In this document: piece after piece, positions 58,685 to 64,000 of the stretch
Layout: each line of letters begins with the position of its first letter
Numbering within the stretch: position 1 is the stretch's first letter
Source of the DNA: a virus
Lineage: Duplodnaviria; Caudoviricetes
Virus record (IMG/VR): IMGVR_UViG_3300028591_003923
Span: 32,001-96,000 of that record
Direction: 5' to 3' (one strand)
DNA: 64,000 nucleotides
Made by a program: the position numbers and the translations under genes
The notes under the pieces: generated by a model
The model's input: the letters and a program-made list of their open reading frames with translations, nothing else
What the model was told of the DNA's origin: nothing
Databases searched by the model: none

Positions 58685-59528
58685 TGTTTTCTCCTGTAAA
58701 ATAAATTAATTCATAAGCATAAGGTAATGTTTTTATCCAATCGCAAAAGTCATGCCACTCTTGCAATTTATGGTCTTTTCTTTGGAAATACATGTTACGT
58801 AAATTTGCATATGACATTGTTACTGTACGTGTTTGAAGCCAAGCTTCAGGTAACGTCTGTACAAGTGCGCGCCAGTAACGTTTATCATTTGTTTCAAGAT
58901 ATTTATCACGTAAATTGTTACAAATTGTTAGTATATCATCTATACAATCTTCAAAAGTAAGTTCCCAATCGCCATCTATTGAGTGTCCTTCTGTAACTAT
59001 TATATCTGTATTATCAAATGCGAACATGTCTTTAGTAATTTTATTTTTGGTGAGTGTATGCATTGTAGATGTAGAATTAGCTGTTGTACCAATTTTATAT
59101 GTATCAAACTCTTTCCACCAATATAGTGGCATTGTTATATCTACTGTTACAAATATCTGACGAAGGAATTTACAATGCTCTGGACCTGACTTAATCAGAC
59201 GCTGCGCGAGGTTTAAATCATTTGGTCCAATAAAAGCAAACTGCTCAATACTATAGTCTTCATCAATAATTCCTTGTCCCCAAAGCCAATCCATATAGCG
59301 TTTCCACAGTTCTTCGTAGACGCCTTCACCTGGACCGCTTTCTATATTTCTGCTTTTGAGTTCTTGTTCTACCCAAATGTCTACTACATCTGCGCAACGG
59401 TCTACCATATGTTCTGCATTATCATATCCAAACAAACTGTCAGACCTATCCCATGAATTAAGTGGGTTTCTCATTCCTCTCAACGCATTTTCAAAGTTAA
59501 ATACCTGTGTATAAGTAAATTTGTCCAT
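58662..59528 (-). CDS. ThyX-like protein (divergent)
   Basis: H.KFLRQI, PLYWW.EFDTY, LP...Q.RT...Y..LR.MY.QR..H; next to dut; canonical RHR motif absent. Confidence 0.55.
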   Translation of the reverse strand: MDKFTYTQVFNFENALRGMRNPLNSWDRSDSLFGYDNAEHMVDRCADVVDIWVEQELKSRNIESGPGEGVYEELWKRYMDWLWGQGIIDEDYSIEQFAFIGPNDLNLAQRLIKSGPEHCKFLRQIFVTVDITMPLYWWKEFDTYKIGTTANSTSTMHTLTKNKITKDMFAFDNTDIIVTEGHSIDGDWELTFEDCIDDILTICNNLRDKYLETNDKRYWRALVQTLPEAWLQTRTVTMSYANLRNMYFQRKDHKLQEWHDFCDWIKTLPYAYELIYFTGENNEDSKTN

Positions 59529-59605
59529 ATTCTTACCTCTTTTCTTATCTTTCTATATATATTATATCATAAAAAAATTTTTTTTTCAAATTTTAAAACA
59601 AAAGG

Positions 59606-61738
59606 CTAGGACTCTTGCCTAGCCTTGAACATACGATAATTAAGAATAGTAAGTACTAATTGGTCTACAAAGAATATGAAGAACAATATAGTCCATTGGT
59701 CAAACCATCCCATTGGATATGAGAAGTTTGTTGTAAGGAAGAAAATTACTATTGAAAGTAAAGCCATTACAAAACTTAAAATACGATGTATGTGTTTTGT
59801 TTGATAATCACGTTGGTCTTGGTCTTTTTTACGATTGTATTTGACGATTACGAACGCTGCCATTATTATGATTAACAGAGTGAAAAGAAGGTTAAATAAT
59901 GCCCATTGTCTTTTCATTCCCCTGCGCGCTGCTAATGGAGGCATGCCATCTTCAAGTTCTTCAACCTCTTCTTCTAACTTATCAACCTTTTTATTATTTT
60001 CGGTTATGTAGTTTTTAGTAACGTATCTATTAATAATTGTGGTCGGGTGCACTGTACGATTAATTACAGTTGGTTTTGTAATAATGTGTTTTGTAATTAC
60101 TTTTTCATCGTAATATTTTTTAATGATTACTTTTGTTTTTGTATCGTCTTCTTCTTTTTCCTCAGGGTCATCTGGCGTTGGCTCAGGATCATCTGGTTTG
60201 TCAGGAATAATTTCTTTTTCTTCCCATGTAGCTTTGTAAGTTGCGTCTTTTGTTACATCTTCAATTTCTGGAGTCCAGCCAGTAAAGATATATGTATATT
60301 GAATTGTCGGCTGTCTATATGGAATCGGTGCTTTAATGTCTTCTGCGGCCGTACCATATTCGTAATCATCTTGTGACAGCTGCGTGTCATCGTAGTCTAC
60401 GAACTTTACTGTGTAAATATTTGTAATTAAGTTATAAACTGCGGTATAATCTTTATTTTTTGTCGCAGGAGTAATATCAGAATCCCAACCGATGAATTTG
60501 TACGTATACTGCGCGCTGGCGTCCTTGGATGGGGTTTCACCGTCGTATTTTGGTAGCTCACCGTAAGGCACCATTTTATTAGTAGAAAGTGTATCACCGT
60601 TATCATCTAACCAATTAATTGTGAAATATTTAGCGTATACATGAACATTCTTTTCGTCTTTTACAGGTTCTCTAACAATATATGAGTTAGGGATTGTAAT
60701 TATTTCGTCTTCGTTAATTGGTATTTCCTTGCCTTCGTAAAACCATTTCAATGGTTCTGGCGCCTTGTCATAAAGATTTATATTTTCATAAGTCGTAACT
60801 GTGTCTACTTTATTTTCTCTATAGTGATAATGCACATTTAATGGTGGCTGATATTCATATACGGCTGTAAATTCTATTTCTTCATTTTCACCTACGTCTG
60901 CATATGCTTTAGTAAATGTATCACCTGCATAGTATTTATCATCACCATTTTCCCAGTAAAGAAACGTATAATGTTCTGGTATGTCTGCTGGTACTTTAAA
61001 GGTGTGTTTATATTCTACAAAAGTGTTATCATTTGACCATGAGCCACTGCCGTGTGCAACATTATCAGTATAGATTACATTTAATTTTTTAATTTTTTCA
61101 ACATCATATTTTGCATTGAAATAATAATGTGTATCTTCAGTAATATCTTTAATAGTTAATGGTAATTCATTGTCCCAACCGGTAAAAGTATAAACAAAAC
61201 CATTGTGTTCAAAATGCCTATACTTTGAAATATTATCATCAAAAGCACCTGCTTTTATAGTCCAACCTACACCAGCAGACATGTTTTGTGATATAACATC
61301 TTCAACTTCTTCCGCCTGTTGATTTAAATACCTAGTATGTACCGTTGCGATTGGAACAGGGTTATATACTGCTTCATAATATATATGTGTTTCTGCTTCG
61401 TAATCTTTATTATAAATATATACTCTTTCAGTTGAAGCTACACCATCTTGTGGTGTATCTGGCCCAACCCACCTTTTAGCAAACACATATTCTCTTCCGT
61501 TTTCGGTATATTTTTTAGGGATAGTATCGGGTATTATTTTATTTATAACTTTTGAAGCACTGTCGCTATTACTTTTAACTTGTTGTGACCAAGTCTTTTC
61601 TGCATATTCTGTTGCTGAAGTTTTATATTTGAAGTGATAAGTGACGGTAAATGGATACTCTACTTCAGCAAACACTATATTAGTTGTAGATAAAACTACC
61701 AATATAGCTAATAATATTATAAAAATTCTATTCTTCAT
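59606..61738 (-). CDS. secreted, membrane-anchored surface protein with InlB B-repeat-like domains
   Basis: Signal peptide, repeated Y.F.GW motifs, PDDPEP linker, three C-terminal TM helices. Confidence 0.75.
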   Translation of the reverse strand: MKNRIFIILLAILVVLSTTNIVFAEVEYPFTVTYHFKYKTSATEYAEKTWSQQVKSNSDSASKVINKIIPDTIPKKYTENGREYVFAKRWVGPDTPQDGVASTERVYIYNKDYEAETHIYYEAVYNPVPIATVHTRYLNQQAEEVEDVISQNMSAGVGWTIKAGAFDDNISKYRHFEHNGFVYTFTGWDNELPLTIKDITEDTHYYFNAKYDVEKIKKLNVIYTDNVAHGSGSWSNDNTFVEYKHTFKVPADIPEHYTFLYWENGDDKYYAGDTFTKAYADVGENEEIEFTAVYEYQPPLNVHYHYRENKVDTVTTYENINLYDKAPEPLKWFYEGKEIPINEDEIITIPNSYIVREPVKDEKNVHVYAKYFTINWLDDNGDTLSTNKMVPYGELPKYDGETPSKDASAQYTYKFIGWDSDITPATKNKDYTAVYNLITNIYTVKFVDYDDTQLSQDDYEYGTAAEDIKAPIPYRQPTIQYTYIFTGWTPEIEDVTKDATYKATWEEKEIIPDKPDDPEPTPDDPEEKEEDDTKTKVIIKKYYDEKVITKHIITKPTVINRTVHPTTIINRYVTKNYITENNKKVDKLEEEVEELEDGMPPLAARRGMKRQWALFNLLFTLLIIIMAAFVIVKYNRKKDQDQRDYQTKHIHRILSFVMALLSIVIFFLTTNFSYPMGWFDQWTILFFIFFVDQLVLTILNYRMFKARQES

Positions 61739-61970
61739 TTTTCGTTTCTCCTTCTATATGGTTTTCAGCCTCCGCAGCTTGAAGTCCTTCAGTGTAGCCA
61801 CAAGCATGCTGCCTACGGAGTTCTTGTTTTATGTTATTTGCTATGTCTGGAAAACAGCTAGCAATTATAAACTCAAAAGTAACTTCTTTGAGTTTGGCTT
61901 TTCTGGCGGCTTGATAAACCTTTTGAAAGGTTTTAAAATCTACTGTTATTTTTGGTATTTCTGGTTCCAT
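61728..61970 (-). CDS. hypothetical protein
   Basis: In operon, GGAG RBS. Confidence 0.6.
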   Translation of the reverse strand: MEPEIPKITVDFKTFQKVYQAARKAKLKEVTFEFIIASCFPDIANNIKQELRRQHACGYTEGLQAAEAENHIEGETKNEE

Positions 61971-61971
61971 T

Positions 61972-62466
61972 TTATTTCTCCATCCATAAACCGTTTTTCT
62001 TTTCCCATATTATTTGATTAGAACTTCCACGTAGTTCAAGAGTTAAATCTTTGGCTGCTTCTACGAATGGTCCGTCAATTAATATGTCTATATCATTTAA
62101 AATTGATTGTATGTCTTTGTTCGTTTGTTGTAATAAGTCTTTCATTAAAAATCCTGTCCATAAATATATTTTAATATTTGGATAGGCGTGGCGTACGGTA
62201 CTAACAACTTCTTGCGTCATCGGCAAGTTTGGTAAAGCTAGTGGCTCGCCGCCGAGTACACAGAAGTTACGTTTGACATTGTTGGCGGCAAGCAAACCTA
62301 GAATTTGCCATTTAACGTCTGGCGTATATTCTATACCTTCATTAAAGTCCCAAGTTTCGGGGTTAAAGCATCCGGGACAACGATGTGGGCACCCCTGCAC
62401 AAAGAAAGATACACATACCCCTTCACCGTTTGAAACGTCATTAGGAATTATTTGTGCATATCTCAT
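61972..62466 (-). CDS. nrdG: anaerobic ribonucleotide reductase activating enzyme
   Basis: NGEG, GCPHRCPGCFN radical-SAM motif, GGEP, DGPF, RGSSNQ. Confidence 0.95.
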   Translation of the reverse strand: MRYAQIIPNDVSNGEGVCVSFFVQGCPHRCPGCFNPETWDFNEGIEYTPDVKWQILGLLAANNVKRNFCVLGGEPLALPNLPMTQEVVSTVRHAYPNIKIYLWTGFLMKDLLQQTNKDIQSILNDIDILIDGPFVEAAKDLTLELRGSSNQIIWEKKNGLWMEK

Positions 62467-63049
62467 GGCTCTCCTCCTTTGTTAGTGATTCTATACACAA
62501 GGCGCCCAATGAATTACCTACGACTACTAATATCCATTTGATGAGGTTAGCTAAATTGAAGTTAACCATAAGAAATGGAATATCTGCGATACAGTGTTCT
62601 GCACCTATTAAAATGAATATTGCAACTGCAAGTACGGTAATCGGTACTTGTTTTATTTTTACTGCAATATGGATAAGTGCGCCACATAGGATTCCGCAGA
62701 CTAGCATCTGTAGATAAGTCTTTTCAAACTTGTGCATACTTATATTAGCCATTAATGTATGAAATGCTGGATTAGCGATTACATAACAGGCTATCGTCGT
62801 TAGCGCGCCTGCGACGTTTGCTATCAACATTCCTGGGAAAGTAGCCGGGTCCTTCCAGAACCCGACTCTTCCTGTATATAATGGTAATTTTAACGCTATT
62901 ATTGCCAGTAAACCAAAGCTAAAAAACAAAGCTCCTATTGTTGGGTTTGCAGTTATGGAATTAATAATAACTCCGAAACCGATTAACAGACCAGCCGCAA
63001 AAGCTGTTTTATAGTTTTTTACTGTGTTTAAATCTATCTTCCACTTCAT
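62441..63049 (-). CDS. formate/nitrite transporter (FNT) family channel
   Basis: AGLLIG, LFFSFGL, LYTG, N..G, GILCG, F...GAEHCIA, GNSLG. Confidence 0.88.
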   Translation of the reverse strand: MKWKIDLNTVKNYKTAFAAGLLIGFGVIINSITANPTIGALFFSFGLLAIIALKLPLYTGRVGFWKDPATFPGMLIANVAGALTTIACYVIANPAFHTLMANISMHKFEKTYLQMLVCGILCGALIHIAVKIKQVPITVLAVAIFILIGAEHCIADIPFLMVNFNLANLIKWILVVVGNSLGALCIESLTKEESHEICTNNS

Positions 63050-64000
63050 GTTGTTTACCTATATTAAATGCTGTTTTATAATCTCCTGTTAAGTAACCTG
63101 TTACACGTCTAAGACGTTGTATGTGTGTTGAACCGCACTCTGGACATTCGTTTCCAATTTCTCCAGTCCAGCCGCACTCAAGACAAGTGTCATTAGGAAC
63201 ATTAATAGCGAAATATGGAATGTCTTTATCCATCGCATATGATACTATTTGTTCTAATGCTTTAAGGTTTTTGAGTACTGCACCTTCAAGTTCAACATAC
63301 GTAATACATCCTGCACTTGAATAACCTGTAAGCTGTGATTCTATATCAATTTTATCAAACGGTGAAATCTCTTTCCAAACTGGTACGTGCATTGAGTTCG
63401 TAAAGTAATCTCTATCACTAATGTTTGGAAGTTTTCCATAGTTGTCTTGGAATTTTTTCATCGCTGTATAACACAGGTTCTCAGCGGGTGTATAATATAC
63501 TCCGAAATTTAACTTATATTCTTGTTTAAACTGCGCGCATCTGTCTTTGAATAATTGTTCAATGCGCTTAGCCAGTTCCATTCCCTTTTCTGTAGTGTGG
63601 TCACAGCCGATAAGAATTTGAAGACATTCTGCTAAACCAAGTTGACCAATTACAATTGTACCATGCTTCAAAGCAGAACGAATACCTTCTTCTGGAACAT
63701 AACCAGCCATTGTATTATTTTCATACATAAACTTTGCAGCTGATGGGTCTTGTGAGCATATATAATTGAAACGCTCAATAAGCATATCTTTTGCTTCGTG
63801 AATTTTCTCATCAAGCAAAGTCATAAAATCTTCTACATCACCAGCTTCCATTGCAAGTGTAGGAAGAATAATAGTTACTGGACATATGTTTCCGCGCCCG
63901 TCTTTGAGTTGACCTAAACCGTTTATATCGTAGCCGTTGGCTGTACGACAACCCATTGTAGAAAAATAAGTACGTGGGTCATTACGGTCATATCCTGCAT
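63009..64000 (-). CDS. nrdD: anaerobic ribonucleoside-triphosphate reductase (5' part beyond the window)
   Basis: MGCRT, GRGN, TPAENL, YFTNS, CxxC...CPxCG, RRVTGYL glycyl-radical motif; frame open to the window edge. Confidence 0.95.
   Translation of the reverse strand, partial: AGYDRNDPRTYFSTMGCRTANGYDINGLGQLKDGRGNICPVTIILPTLAMEAGDVEDFMTLLDEKIHEAKDMLIERFNYICSQDPSAAKFMYENNTMAGYVPEEGIRSALKHGTIVIGQLGLAECLQILIGCDHTTEKGMELAKRIEQLFKDRCAQFKQEYKLNFGVYYTPAENLCYTAMKKFQDNYGKLPNISDRDYFTNSMHVPVWKEISPFDKIDIESQLTGYSSAGCITYVELEGAVLKNLKALEQIVSYAMDKDIPYFAINVPNDTCLECGWTGEIGNECPECGSTHIQRLRRVTGYLTGDYKTAFNIGKQHEVEDRFKHSKKL

Noticed and set aside
1-64000. Stop-codon recoding
   Set aside because: Conserved genes are full length in the standard code and use TAA, TAG and TGA as stops

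Overview
This is a 64 kb segment of a large (probably >100 kb) tailed dsDNA phage of a low-GC Firmicutes host, likely a gut anaerobe (sigma-A-type promoters, GGAGG/GAAAGG RBSs, anaerobic RNR). Layout: (1) 1-20.1 kb, + strand: small accessory ORFs, a ~1.4 kb ncRNA locus (anti-SD hairpin, twister ribozyme, unknown ~570 nt RNA, ROOL-like RNA), a 4 kb tRNA/ncRNA cluster (12 tRNAs including tRNA-Leu(UAA) split by an HNH-carrying group I intron, a 77 nt tmRNA tRNA-like domain with no tag frame, a tRNA mimic with a hugely expanded anticodon arm, many pseudoknots), a second such tRNA mimic at 12.7 kb, RNA ligase plus Pnk/HD RNA-repair genes and a kinase. (2) 20.1-22.3 kb: a repeat-rich, largely non-coding convergence zone. 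(3) 22.3-31.3 kb, - strand: an array of ~13 self-contained promoter-gene-terminator cassettes, each delimited by a conserved palindromic element TTTTGACGTCTAA-N11-20-TTAGACGTTTAACGTCTAA, with three paralog families recurring in shuffled order. This is the best candidate for an undescribed system. (4) 31.6-56.4 kb, + strand: terminase, portal, protease/scaffold, capsid, head-tail joining, two tail-tube paralogs and a 3534 aa tape measure. (5) 56.4-64 kb, - strand: RuvC-like resolvase, dUTPase, ThyX-like protein, a membrane-anchored surface protein and an nrdD - formate channel - nrdG operon. All calls are by eye; no searches were run.
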